Positions 20,597 through 30,947 are shown, counted from the first letter of the stretch. The stretch: 52,168 nucleotides of DNA from Deltaproteobacteria bacterium TL4 (GCA_051382335.1 JBBCAX010000129.1:1-52168); one strand, 5' to 3'. The notes: generated by a model from the letters alone, not told the origin. Numbers and translations are program-made.

Positions 20597-21919
20597 TTAT
20601 AACTCTGAAACAAGATCTTCAATCCCCAGCGCTAAGACGGAAGCATCACTCTGATTCCTGGCCAGGAAGGCGGGGGTCAGGAAGAAAAAATCATCATCCC
20701 CCTCTTCGTAAGAATCTTTTTTTACCGACAATGACTCAAACGGGAAACGTTCCAGAGACGAAGACGCTTTCATTGATAGCTTGTGAAGCGCTTCTAACGA
20801 GGAGGTTTTATGCGTGAGTGGGTTTGCTTCAACGCTGTCTTCCTCTAATAAGGCTTTGAGTTCCTGACTTAAGGCCGGAATATTTTGCATTGAAGATTCA
20901 AGTTCATTCACTTTCTCAAGGATGGTTGGTTCTCTCTTTCCTGCTGTAACTTCAGGAAGGTCATGAATCAGACTGTGGATTCCAATAACCTGGTTTGCCT
21001 CAATATTGAGGAGCAATGATTCCGTCTGTAATACACGATCCAAGCCTTCAAGCATTAAACGTAAAGGGGCTTCAAAGGAAGTCAAGTGTTGAAAAACATG
21101 TCGGTCTGAAAATCTCCAGCGAAGCGATTGTTTCCCCTCAAAGCGTAATTTTCCCATCATTTCAGGTGAAATAAAACCAGTGTCCAGGTTTGATTTTTGG
21201 AGCTGAGAGAGGATAGGATCCAGCACCAGCTTCATCCGCATCAAACCATTAAAAATTCGTGAACGTTCCACTTCATAAAAAACAATTCTTTTGTTTTCCT
21301 GGACTCGTAAGGTTTGTTGTTCAATTTCTGTTAATACACGCCACAGGTGCCCCCTTGTTTCTTCCAGTGATTCAATATTGGTGAGATGCTCTCTTTTTTG
21401 AGGATCACTTTCACTCTTCACCACGGCAAGTGCCGCTTGACGGATACTGCGTTGCAGTTCTTCAAAATGTTGTTTAAGACGACTTTGAATTCGACTCCAT
21501 TTTGACTCATTTTCAAGAAGTTTTTTCAATCGTTCGTGTGCTTCATAAACTCTCCCCCACCGCCAGTATTGCTTCCAAGGGGGTTGTTCCTCAAGCATTT
21601 CCTGAAAATAATCAATTCTACTCGCGTTCAGATTAATCTTGTACTGTGTCCGCTCTAAAGCCAATTGCACAATAAACACAATATCCTTCAAACTTGAAGG
21701 ATCAATCGTAACCACTTCCGAATGAATGACGGACAGACAACTGGTTACCATTTCACTGATTTTCTTATAGTTAATATAACTAATGGTGGTGATATCAATC
21801 TCATCTGGGGGAGGCAAAGGCCGATTATCCTGAAAACGAAACAAGCTGTGAAGGGTCGCTCTTAAATGCGTTGTGTGGGAAATCTGAGCTTTTTGTGTGG
21901 GAGATAGCTGACGTATCAT
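20597..21919 (-). CDS. Hypothetical coiled-coil protein, 440 aa
   Basis: Long helical ORF; no recognisable domain. Confidence 0.8.
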   Translation of the reverse strand: MIRQLSPTQKAQISHTTHLRATLHSLFRFQDNRPLPPPDEIDITTISYINYKKISEMVTSCLSVIHSEVVTIDPSSLKDIVFIVQLALERTQYKINLNASRIDYFQEMLEEQPPWKQYWRWGRVYEAHERLKKLLENESKWSRIQSRLKQHFEELQRSIRQAALAVVKSESDPQKREHLTNIESLEETRGHLWRVLTEIEQQTLRVQENKRIVFYEVERSRIFNGLMRMKLVLDPILSQLQKSNLDTGFISPEMMGKLRFEGKQSLRWRFSDRHVFQHLTSFEAPLRLMLEGLDRVLQTESLLLNIEANQVIGIHSLIHDLPEVTAGKREPTILEKVNELESSMQNIPALSQELKALLEEDSVEANPLTHKTSSLEALHKLSMKASSSLERFPFESLSVKKDSYEEGDDDFFFLTPAFLARNQSDASVLALGIEDLVSEL

Positions 21920-21973
21920 AGGAGTATCATTGCGCTAAAGGGTGACTACAAATTGAAACGGAACGGCCTTTAA

Positions 21974-22096
21974 GGCTACCCACTCAACCCGGAACACCTC
22001 AATGGTAGGCCGGAACTACGTGTCCGGCAACCTCAACGATCAGAAAAGCGGGGCATGTAATCCCCGCCTACCAATGTCCCGCTTAAGTGGGTAGCC
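21974..22096 (+). mobile_element. 123-bp ISL3-like MITE with 8-bp TSD GCCTTTAA
   Basis: TIRs GGCTACCCACT / AGTGGGTAGCC. TSD at 21966-21973 and 22097-22104. Second copy at 44394-44517. Confidence 0.9.
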
Positions 22097-22261
22097 GCCT
22101 TTAACCCAAGGAATTATGGTTATGTCACTGAAAAAGCAACCAACTTTTTTTCAAGACGCTTGGATAAAGACCATGAGAAAATAAATCGACATCCGACTAC
22201 AGGGATGTTGTTTTGTATTGGAAGCAATACTGAGACCATTTACAAAATCATCTCTGATTTT

Positions 22262-22352
22262 TAAACTCAGTATTTGCGGCAGAGACGCCGAGACACAGAG
22301 CGTGGATATTTATAACCTCTCCGTCTCTGTGCCTCTGGGTCTGAACGGTTAC
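22262..22352. repeat. Degenerate palindromic element (CAGAG..ACAGAG type) ending CTGAACGGTTAC
   Basis: Imperfect inverted repeat. A similar end (CTGAGTCGTTAC) lies at ~35482-35493 and a similar core at 50399-50484. Confidence 0.5.
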
Positions 22353-22414
22353 ATGACTTCTACAGTGAGGTCGATCTTTCGCGCATCAAGTTGAGATCAA
22401 TCCAAAAATCAAAA

Positions 22415-23878
22415 TTACTCTATGTTGAGAGGTGTTGGAAGTTCATTGAGTAGTGTCACGAGAGGCTCGGCTCTGTAGGTGAAGGGAACCATTTTATTTC
22501 CGATTCGGGTAAAGAGGCTTAACTCTTCTGTCCGTCCACTGAATACAATATGGTGATTTCTTATTTTTCCGGCATTGAGCCAAACGGATTTGTCCTGTGA
22601 AAGAGGGTTGTGGGAGACAATGAAAGGGATTTCGGGGGAGAGGTCTAAGGCTTTTCTGAAGTTTTTGACGTTTGTTTGGGTATAACCTGTGACAACATTA
22701 TTTCTCATGAGACGGTTTAGAATTAATTCTCTTTTTAGCTTGGGATTTTGATGAATATTGATCAACCGGTCCCTGGTTACTTTGCGGAACGGAGGGCTAG
22801 CATGACATGCGAAAAAATCTTTGGAAATGGCAACATAGGCCAGTTGTCGGTAGAAACGTTTCATTTCTTTGCAATAGGACTCACCTCGACGTTCAGTAAC
22901 TTCTTTAACCCATAGAGCGCCCTGATGCACTCCCGATTTATAGTTATCGCGCAACAAGCTATCATGATTTCCGCGCAGGATGAATACGTTTTGCGGGAAA
23001 CGGACTTTGAGCTTAAACAGTAAATCCATCATGAGCAAAGAAGTTTCCATCTCTTCCAGTTGACCATCCACTTCTGAATGAACCAGATCGCCTAAAAACA
23101 GCATATACGCTTTTTTCTGTTCTAAACACGCCAGAAAAGAATTTTCAGAAAGAATTTTTAGCAGATTATCAACTTGCGCATGCAGATCACCGATAATAAT
23201 AGGGTGTAAGTTTTCAGGAAATTCAAGCATTCCTCCTGGATGATTGTCGGTATTTAGAGGACGAAAAACTTCAACGGCCATGATCTGGTTGACCTCTTTC
23301 AGGAGTCTAAAAGCAGGTTCAGGCGGAAGGATTTCCAAGGTTCCTCCATATATTTTCTTTACAAGGGATAATCGTTTTCTTCGTCGGTTTTCCATGTTCT
23401 CAATGATTTTTTGTTCCAGGACGGGACTGAGATAAGTGCCCGTAGGACTATGCAAGTCCTGAAACACCAAACCTTCTTTTTTGTAGGAAAGGCGAACATG
23501 CTGATGTGTGTACACAATAGACGTATTGAAAACCGATATCGGGTCTTCAGGTTTTCCCAATAAAACACTTTCTCCAGGAACCATGCGGAAAAAATTACAG
23601 ATTCCCGTAGAAGGCGCTTTAGACTCTATAATGAGGTAGGTGAACGGAGGATCCACAGGACAGCCAGACAAAGGTTTTTCTGGACAGATATGAAATTCTT
23701 GTCCATTTTTGCCCAACTGGAGGCAAATCGGAAGCTCATTATGAAGGATACCAACTTTCTGTCCTTTAAGAAAAATTTCATTCTTCAGTTCTACAAAAGG
23801 ATCCTCCAAGAGCTGATGGCAAAAGTGTTTGAACCGATTTATGAACGCTGCTCCTTTGGAAACAGACTGACTGGACAT
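22415..23878 (-). CDS. FHA-like domain plus calcineurin-like (PPP) metallophosphoesterase
   Basis: GDLHA, GDLVH and RGNHD; FHA-like LLGK...THQH...QDLHSPTGTYL. Confidence 0.88.
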   Translation of the reverse strand: MSSQSVSKGAAFINRFKHFCHQLLEDPFVELKNEIFLKGQKVGILHNELPICLQLGKNGQEFHICPEKPLSGCPVDPPFTYLIIESKAPSTGICNFFRMVPGESVLLGKPEDPISVFNTSIVYTHQHVRLSYKKEGLVFQDLHSPTGTYLSPVLEQKIIENMENRRRKRLSLVKKIYGGTLEILPPEPAFRLLKEVNQIMAVEVFRPLNTDNHPGGMLEFPENLHPIIIGDLHAQVDNLLKILSENSFLACLEQKKAYMLFLGDLVHSEVDGQLEEMETSLLMMDLLFKLKVRFPQNVFILRGNHDSLLRDNYKSGVHQGALWVKEVTERRGESYCKEMKRFYRQLAYVAISKDFFACHASPPFRKVTRDRLINIHQNPKLKRELILNRLMRNNVVTGYTQTNVKNFRKALDLSPEIPFIVSHNPLSQDKSVWLNAGKIRNHHIVFSGRTEELSLFTRIGNKMVPFTYRAEPLVTLLNELPTPLNIE

Positions 23879-23881
23879 AAA

Positions 23882-24484
23882 CTACTCTATTGGGGTGAGA
23901 ATGTGTTTGGGAATACTGTTAAAGTCATCACGAATGTAAACGTTTAAACCACTCGCATGAAAATGGGAAGCGATTTGTGAATAAATCGCAACCTGTTTTT
24001 GTACCATTTCCAAGGTCAAATTATGATCAATGTGGTGAGTTTGCTTTTTCGCTCGCGTTTGACGCAACTCCAATATCTTTTCCGGCTCCAGAAGTAGGAA
24101 TTCAAAGACATACCGTTGGTACCAGTTGCTGGCTAAAAAAAAATGTTTTTGAGGGGGAAGTTTAATTCTGGACAAATCCAACGGTATGGAGGCGATGTCT
24201 CTCCATAAATCTTCATGGACGGCCATTGGCTTTTTTATGCCCTGGAAGGGTAAAACCAAGTGAATTTCACGAGGACGAAGTGTCAGCGTGTGTAGATTCC
24301 ACCAATGATAGGTAAGATCGATACAGCCCTCTTCATACCATCCCCCTATTTTTTGAATGGTTGTACTTTTTCCTGAACAGGGAGGTCCCGTAACAATCAG
24401 TTGCCTGAACTTCATCCGTGCGGGAAAAAGCATGCCTTTGATGGTTTGTAACTCCTTGATTTCTTCTGTCTCTAACACAAACAT
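23882..24484 (-). CDS. Small P-loop NTPase/kinase-like protein
   Basis: Walker A motif GPPCSGKST after a hydrophobic strand; 3 bp from the phosphatase gene. Confidence 0.8.
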   Translation of the reverse strand: MFVLETEEIKELQTIKGMLFPARMKFRQLIVTGPPCSGKSTTIQKIGGWYEEGCIDLTYHWWNLHTLTLRPREIHLVLPFQGIKKPMAVHEDLWRDIASIPLDLSRIKLPPQKHFFLASNWYQRYVFEFLLLEPEKILELRQTRAKKQTHHIDHNLTLEMVQKQVAIYSQIASHFHASGLNVYIRDDFNSIPKHILTPIE

Positions 24485-24677
24485 TGACGGATCCCTTTAC
24501 TTTCCAGATAACTAAGACTACGGGAAAATTGCAGCAAGTCTCATTCCAACACAGACATGAAGACGTTTGTTTTTAAAGCGGTATTTGACAGACAGCGTCT
24601 TTGGCAAATGAATGAGCCTTGCTGAATTAATCGGAAAATATATTTTTGCCGGTGTCTCTTTATATCACAAAATAGTT

Positions 24678-25943
24678 TTAGAAGCCAAACATCCCTTTGA
24701 AGAAATAAAAGAAGAAAATGGAGAGGAGTCCTCCAACAGGTAAGGTAATGATCCAAGACATAAAGATCCCTCCGATGACTCGTAAATCCAAAGCGCCAAT
24801 CCCTCGTGCCATGCCAACCCCCATGACCGCACCCACCGCAATGTGAGTGGTTGAGACAGGAAGACCGGTTCGAGAGGCAATCACAACCGTCGTGGCTGCG
24901 GCAAGGGTTGCGGCAAAACCGCGAGTTGGAACTAATTCTGTAATTTTGGTTCCGATGGTCTGCATCACTTTATAGCCCAACGTCGCCAACCCGACGACAA
25001 TACCAACCCCTCCCGTCAAAAGAATCCAAAGCGGTAATGAGGCTTTCTGCGCGACTTCACCACCACTTTGCACGATACTGACAATGGCGGCCATAGGCCC
25101 AACACCGTTGGCAACGTCATTCGATCCATGAGCAAAGGCCATGGCACAGGCGGTGAAAATCATCATGATTCCAAAAATATTTTCAATAATCGTGAACTCA
25201 TCCTCTTTGGTTTTTGCGGTGTTTGTCCCAAATTTATCCCTAATCACAAAGCGAGCAACAACCGCGGCAATCAGACCTATTGAGGTTGCGGCGATAAAGC
25301 TTTGCCCTACGGATAGATCTATGTTTAAATGGGTTAAGCCTTTGAACAAAGTGACGAGGGCAATCATAAATCCCGCAAAAAAGATATACACAGGACCAAA
25401 CTTGAAGGCGTTTTCCAAAGGAGTTGTTGTGTCTAAAATCAACCGTTGAATACTCTTCATCAGGACAAAACCCAAAGCCCCTCCGACCAGAGGGGAAACA
25501 ACCCAGCTCATCACAATATTGGTAATCTTGTCCCACTGCACAGCTTCCATACCAATGCCAACTATCGCAAATCCGACAATGGCTCCTACGATCGTATGCG
25601 TCGTTGAAACCGGCCATCCCATATAACTCGCGATCATGAGCCAAATAGCCGAGGCCAATAAGGAGGCAAGCATCCCCCAAATCAAGACTTCAGGGGTATT
25701 GATCAAAGAACTCGGATCAATAATTCCTTTGCGAATGGTTTCTGTGACATGTCCTCCAGCGATAAACGCTCCGGAAAACTCAAAAATGGCGGCTATGAAA
25801 ATTGCCTGTTTAACGTTAATGGCTCCAGAACCTACGGAGGTTCCCATCGCATTGGCGACATCATTCGCGCCAATGCCCCACGTCATATACAATCCAAGAA
25901 TTACAGCTAAAGCCAGATAAATTGTTCCAAATTCAGCAATCAT
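24678..25943 (-). CDS. pit: PiT-family inorganic phosphate transporter
   Basis: Motifs GANDVANA, HGSNDVAN and PVSTTH (twice). Confidence 0.96.
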   Translation of the reverse strand: MIAEFGTIYLALAVILGLYMTWGIGANDVANAMGTSVGSGAINVKQAIFIAAIFEFSGAFIAGGHVTETIRKGIIDPSSLINTPEVLIWGMLASLLASAIWLMIASYMGWPVSTTHTIVGAIVGFAIVGIGMEAVQWDKITNIVMSWVVSPLVGGALGFVLMKSIQRLILDTTTPLENAFKFGPVYIFFAGFMIALVTLFKGLTHLNIDLSVGQSFIAATSIGLIAAVVARFVIRDKFGTNTAKTKEDEFTIIENIFGIMMIFTACAMAFAHGSNDVANGVGPMAAIVSIVQSGGEVAQKASLPLWILLTGGVGIVVGLATLGYKVMQTIGTKITELVPTRGFAATLAAATTVVIASRTGLPVSTTHIAVGAVMGVGMARGIGALDLRVIGGIFMSWIITLPVGGLLSIFFFYFFKGMFGF

Positions 25944-25987
25944 TTGTTCCTCATTAAATTAAATTAGATTAGATTTAAGGTTACTTA

Positions 25988-26662
25988 CTAGCTTCGAGCA
26001 ATGGTTAATCTCAGACGGTTCCCCATTTTCTCCGCGTGATCCGCCAAGTCTCCAATCATTTCAAAGATCTGGTACCAAAAAATGACATCCACCGGTTTGA
26101 GTTGATCTTCATACTCAAAAAGTTTACGTGTTAACGCGATCCCGCTGTCATCTGTTTTCGTTTCAGAGACTGATAATTTTTCAATCATGTCCGTGATTTT
26201 CTCAATTTCAATATTGCCAAAACCTGACTCCATCAAGTTTCCGACACCAGTGGAGATATTCAGTGCGATGACACAGGTATCCTCAACTTCCTGGAGGTAA
26301 CGGTATAAATCATCCCGCATTGATTCAGGAAGTGTCATTCTTCTCAATTCCAGTAAACTGACGATATCTTGGGCTGTATCCGCAATGTTGTCTTGTTCCT
26401 CAAGAATTTCTAACAAATCCTTGCGATCAATGGGCATAAAAAGGGAACGGGGGAGACGACTCCGCAGTGCGTTTTTGATTTTATCCGCGGCTTCCTCAGC
26501 TTCAAAGACCTGGTTTCGCAACCTTTTCAGTTCTGCGTCATTATTGTTGAATAACGCTTCGAAAAAGGCTTTTAGCGGTTTAACCGTTTCGAGCGATTGC
26601 TTCATGTGTTCGCGCAAGGGAACAAAGGGAGACTTTCCAAAAATTGAGTTTAAATTGATCAT
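25988..26662 (-). CDS. DUF47/TIGR00153 PhoU-like phosphate transport regulator
   Basis: Motifs EEAADKIK, PIDRKD, QDNIAD and IGDLADHAE; lies upstream of pit. Confidence 0.93.
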   Translation of the reverse strand: MINLNSIFGKSPFVPLREHMKQSLETVKPLKAFFEALFNNNDAELKRLRNQVFEAEEAADKIKNALRSRLPRSLFMPIDRKDLLEILEEQDNIADTAQDIVSLLELRRMTLPESMRDDLYRYLQEVEDTCVIALNISTGVGNLMESGFGNIEIEKITDMIEKLSVSETKTDDSGIALTRKLFEYEDQLKPVDVIFWYQIFEMIGDLADHAEKMGNRLRLTIARS

Positions 26663-26772
26663 TGGCCTCTCCTATTAGGCTAGAGTTTTTAAGTAAGTTT
26701 GAACCTGCGTCTTTTCGTCACTCGACGCAGATCAAGAACGCTCCATGAGAACTTAGCGCATTTCGTGCGGAC

Positions 26773-26975
26773 TTTTCAGACTTGTTCCCAAGCTCCAGCT
26801 CAATACCCGTGAGTGAAATCAGGTTTGTAGTCCCGCCTTTAGGCGGAAAATCCTGCTGAAAAGCCGCCTGAAGGCGGAACTACGAACGTTTCACCATAAG
26901 TTCAGGATAACCTGTTTTCAGACTCGTTCCCAAGCTTGGGAACCAGAGGCGCACTGGCACTTAGGAACCAGAGGT
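26773..26975. repeat. Nested repeat cluster: GTAGTCCCGCCTTTAGGCGG REP doublet inside duplicated GTTCCCAAGCT-type palindromes
   Basis: Inverted core at 26823-26887. Direct repeat TTTTCAGACT.GTTCCCAAGCT at 26773 and ~26915. Confidence 0.7.
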
Positions 26976-27005
26976 GCGTAACATGCGTTATTAATAGAAG
27001 ATTCA

Positions 27006-27045
27006 TGTTAGGGCCATATTAAGGAAATGTTAAGATTGTGTTAAG
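27006..27045 (-). promoter_or_regulatory. PHO-box-like operator: four CTTAACA-like repeats at 11-bp period
   Basis: On the + strand: TGTTAGG (27006), TATTAAG (27017), TGTTAAG (27028), TGTTAAG (27039). Upstream of DUF47-pit. Confidence 0.72.
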
Positions 27046-27297
27046 ATTGTTCGGGAGTCTCTGAGAATTAATGGAGGTGAGGCCCTTTTGGAATAGGGCT
27101 GTGATAATGAGTTGAAAAAGGGAAAGAAAGGGCGCATAGTAGAATGAGTTTGTCCTCCCGCAAAATTAGCGGGAAGGCAAACGATCGTTTATCATTTATT
27201 TGCTCTCATAGACCGAAGTTTAGATGCAACCCCGAGATTTTTATTCAAGGTATCATTCAACACCTTCGCCCCATTTAAAACTGACACAGGAAAAATC

Positions 27298-28695
27298 ATG
27301 CCCAAAACTAAAATAATCTGTACCGTTGGTCCTGCGACAAATACCTACGACAAACTGAAGGACTTGTATCATGCAGGAATGAACATTGTCCGACTGAACA
27401 TGTCTCACGGAGATCAGACTTCCCACTCCAGGATGTTGGAGTTGATTCAAAAACTGAATCAGGAAATGCCGTTTCCGGTCGGGGTAATGTTGGATACCCG
27501 AGGTCCTGAAATTCGAACAGGCGATTTATCACAGGATCTCTTTCTTGAGGAAGGCATGTCCGTTCTGGTAACCGTCACGTCGGAATTAGTGTCGGATCTG
27601 CCTGTGATTTTTGTCAATTACCCTGGGTTGATCCAGAGTCTGAAACTGGGGGATACGGTCATTCTGGATAGTGGATTGATCACGCTGCAAGTACTCGAAC
27701 GCTCCGAAGCCTTTCTGCGCTGTCGGGTGATGGATGGCGGCCTTCTTAAAAGCAGAAGGCACGTCAACTTGCCAGGAATACGGGTCAACCTGCCCTCACT
27801 GACAGAACAGGACAAGGAGGACATTCTGATGGGGGTCTCCTGCGGTGTGGATTTCATTGCCATGTCTTTTGTCAGGAGCGTTGAGGATGTTTTGGAACTG
27901 AAGGCGTTTCTGAAAAACCACGGAAAAATGGCAAGGATCATCGCCAAAATCGAGGATCAGGAGGGGGTGAAAAATCTCGAAAAAATTGCGGAAGAAGCGG
28001 ATGGCATCATGGTGGCTCGTGGCGATCTGGGGATTGAAATTCCGATTGAAGACATTCCGGTGATACAGCGTCGCATTGTGGAAACCTGTGCCCGTCTCGG
28101 GAAATTTGTAATCATTGCCACCCAGTTGCTGGAAACCATGATTGAAAATCCCATCCCCACCCGCGCGGAAGTGACCGATGTCTTTCATGCCATCATGCAG
28201 GAAGTCAATGCGGTGATGCTGTCTGGAGAAACCAGTGTGGGGCGTTATCCTGTCAAGGCCGTTCGCCAACTAGTCAAAATTGCCCAAAACACCGAGAAAC
28301 TGCAACGCTTGCGTCTGTGGGAACAGTACGAGCGCTCAGAACTTCGGGAGCACCTTGCCGCCGCCGCTGTCCAATTGGCAGATGATCTGAAAATTCGGGC
28401 GATCATCATCCTGACGGAAACGGGGTTGAGCGCTGAGAGCATTTCGAACTGCCGCCCTCTTTCCGCAAGAGTGTATGCCTTCACGCAGAATCCATCCACC
28501 TATCGAGCCCTAACGTTGTATTGGGGTGTGATTCCGTTCCTCATTCCTCCCTATCAGGATCGGGATGAGGCGTTTCAAAGCTCAATGGAACTGCTCAAAA
28601 CAAGAGAAAAATTCAAGACCGGGGATTCTGTGATTCTGTTTTCGGTCATCAGCGCTAAATCCACAGGAACCATTCATGTGTGTAATTTGCTGTAA
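27298..28695 (+). CDS. pyk: Pyruvate kinase
   Basis: Motifs KTKIICTVGPA, RLNMSHG, DTRGPEIR, IAKIE, MVARGDLG and MLSGET. Confidence 0.97.
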   Translation: MPKTKIICTVGPATNTYDKLKDLYHAGMNIVRLNMSHGDQTSHSRMLELIQKLNQEMPFPVGVMLDTRGPEIRTGDLSQDLFLEEGMSVLVTVTSELVSDLPVIFVNYPGLIQSLKLGDTVILDSGLITLQVLERSEAFLRCRVMDGGLLKSRRHVNLPGIRVNLPSLTEQDKEDILMGVSCGVDFIAMSFVRSVEDVLELKAFLKNHGKMARIIAKIEDQEGVKNLEKIAEEADGIMVARGDLGIEIPIEDIPVIQRRIVETCARLGKFVIIATQLLETMIENPIPTRAEVTDVFHAIMQEVNAVMLSGETSVGRYPVKAVRQLVKIAQNTEKLQRLRLWEQYERSELREHLAAAAVQLADDLKIRAIIILTETGLSAESISNCRPLSARVYAFTQNPSTYRALTLYWGVIPFLIPPYQDRDEAFQSSMELLKTREKFKTGDSVILFSVISAKSTGTIHVCNLL

Positions 28696-28764
28696 CCTGA
28701 TCGCAGTGTAGGAGCAGACTGTAGAATTCGGCTACCTTAGAGCCGATGAGCTTCCTACCATTTT

Positions 28765-30771
28765 TTGCCCAATGTTTTTAGTCACGGAAGGAGAAGGAGT
28801 TCGTTGAAGGCCTTTAGTTCACTCCATTTTTGTTCAAAAATCTTTTCTGTTCTCCACGCTCGAAATTGGATTGTCTGCTTATTCATACTCCTTCCTGTGC
28901 CTAACAGCTCTGCACAAACACCGGCGACTCTCGCTGAACTTTGGACACAGGTGGAACAGAAACAATTGTTTCATCACCCCTATTGGTTACGGTTATTACA
29001 TTATCGTCAACCTTTCGAAACACCGGGCCGTTGGTCCTTGGAAAGTGACCTTCAAAATACCTCCTTCTTTCTTTCAAAAGAAGGGAAGACTGACGCCAAG
29101 GCCGAATTAAAGGCCACGCTTGAGGCCTTATTTTCGGACCTCAGGGAACCACCTGAGACTCATGCGCAATGCCGATATATTGCGCGTTTCCACTGGCTCA
29201 AAACACAATTGGATTTTTCGAACACAAAATTACCGGCGATTCCTTGTACGCTGTTTCATCGGTGGCTTGACTTGAACCAAATCCGTTCCATCAGTCTGGT
29301 TTTTGTCTCTGCCTATATGGACAATCCCGCCTCAATTTTTGGACACCCGTTGTTGAAGATTAATCTGAGTGACCGTTTTTTTGGACACCCGTTGTTGAGT
29401 CCTACCCTAAATTTTGGCGCCCTTATTGATCCTTCAGAGAACCCTTTGACTTATGCCATAAAAGGGCTTTTTGGAGGGTATCAGGGACGTTTTTCGGATG
29501 AGCGTTTCTACAATTTTAACCACCTTTATGGAGAAACCGAATTAAGAGATATCTGGGAATATGAGCTCCAGCTGGAGGAGCAACAACAACAACGCATTAT
29601 TTATCACACTTGGGAACTCTTACAGGGCGACACTTTTGCCTACTACTTTCTTTTAGACAACTGCGCTTCTCGCTTGACGGAGTTACTGGAAATGGCGTGG
29701 GATGAGCCGAAATTAACACCTTCATTTGCCCTGTGGAGAATGCCCATCAGTCCCTTTTATCGCCTCATCCACATGAAAAATGGAAACGAGCCTTTGGTCA
29801 AAAGCATCCGCCTCATCCCTTCCCGGCAAAGGCGCTTACAGAACAAAGTCGCCCAACTCTCCAACAGGCAACAGGCATTGGTAACAGAGATCATCCAAAA
29901 TATTGCTAAACTGCAAGCTTCAGAATTTTTGTCATTATCCCCTGTAGCACAGGCCCAAATTTTAGATGTCCTGATTGATTATTATCAGTTTCTCCTAACT
30001 GAAGAAGAATCCACCGAAATTAGAAATTATAAACAACAAGTCCTCCTCTTACGAAGTCAACGTCCTGTTTTAGAAAATGAAGAGAGTGAGGCGATTCCTT
30101 TAAAACCCCCTACTGAAGCGACCGCACCCACTCGTTTTCGTCTCGGTGCCGTGTCTAACCCCGATTTCGGATCGGCATTGCAATTGGGAGCCTGGACCTC
30201 TTATCATGATCTCATTGGCAGAACCGAAGGACACCTCCCTAACATGCAATTGGTTACAGCAGATCTTTTACTTCGGGTCACAGAAGATCAGATAAACGTG
30301 GAACAATTTACTTTTGTGGATATCCAAGCTTTGAATCCAAATCCCACAGGACTTCCCGGAGAAACAGGCTGGTCCTGGGGGGTACATGCCAGTTTGGAAA
30401 GACAAGATCTTAGTTGTTTCCCCTGCAGGGAATTCAAACTCCTGGGCGGGATTGGAAAAGCTTATTCTTTGAAAAGTACGGATATTTTGTTTTTATTTCT
30501 GGACCCCTTCTTGATTGCGAAAACCGCGAGCCTTTCTCAAATATCCATTGGATTAAGCCCACGAATTGGAATGGCTTATGAGTTTTCCTCTTTCTGGAAA
30601 TTTTCATTGGAGGGAAGGTATTTACGCAGCGGGTATGGCCCGGAATACAAAGGAACTGAAGTAAAGATGCAGCACCGTTTTGGCAATTCGAAAAGTTTTG
30701 ACGTTCGATTGGAAGGTAAATATAACCATGGTTACGAGTTGGTTGCCGCTTTGCATTACTATTGGCATTAG
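28765..30771 (+). CDS. DUF4105 (Lnb-like) protein with beta-barrel-like C-terminus; true start uncertain
   Basis: YWLRLLHY, QCRYIARF, PASIFGH, RDIWEYEL, YYFLLDNC; aromatic C-terminus. Confidence 0.85.
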   Translation: MPNVFSHGRRRSSLKAFSSLHFCSKIFSVLHARNWIVCLFILLPVPNSSAQTPATLAELWTQVEQKQLFHHPYWLRLLHYRQPFETPGRWSLESDLQNTSFFLSKEGKTDAKAELKATLEALFSDLREPPETHAQCRYIARFHWLKTQLDFSNTKLPAIPCTLFHRWLDLNQIRSISLVFVSAYMDNPASIFGHPLLKINLSDRFFGHPLLSPTLNFGALIDPSENPLTYAIKGLFGGYQGRFSDERFYNFNHLYGETELRDIWEYELQLEEQQQQRIIYHTWELLQGDTFAYYFLLDNCASRLTELLEMAWDEPKLTPSFALWRMPISPFYRLIHMKNGNEPLVKSIRLIPSRQRRLQNKVAQLSNRQQALVTEIIQNIAKLQASEFLSLSPVAQAQILDVLIDYYQFLLTEEESTEIRNYKQQVLLLRSQRPVLENEESEAIPLKPPTEATAPTRFRLGAVSNPDFGSALQLGAWTSYHDLIGRTEGHLPNMQLVTADLLLRVTEDQINVEQFTFVDIQALNPNPTGLPGETGWSWGVHASLERQDLSCFPCREFKLLGGIGKAYSLKSTDILFLFLDPFLIAKTASLSQISIGLSPRIGMAYEFSSFWKFSLEGRYLRSGYGPEYKGTEVKMQHRFGNSKSFDVRLEGKYNHGYELVAALHYYWH

Positions 30772-30947
30772 AAAAAGAATAAAGACTCAGCCCAAAAAGG
30801 AAAGTCCGCTAAAAACACAAAAAAACACAAAAAATATTTTTAAAAAAAGTGAAATTTTGAGTAATATACTTTAGTACTCAAAAAAAGTTATGCGAGCCTT
30901 CCTGTGTGTTTTGAGGTTTATTAACTTGGATAAATAATCAGGTTGAT

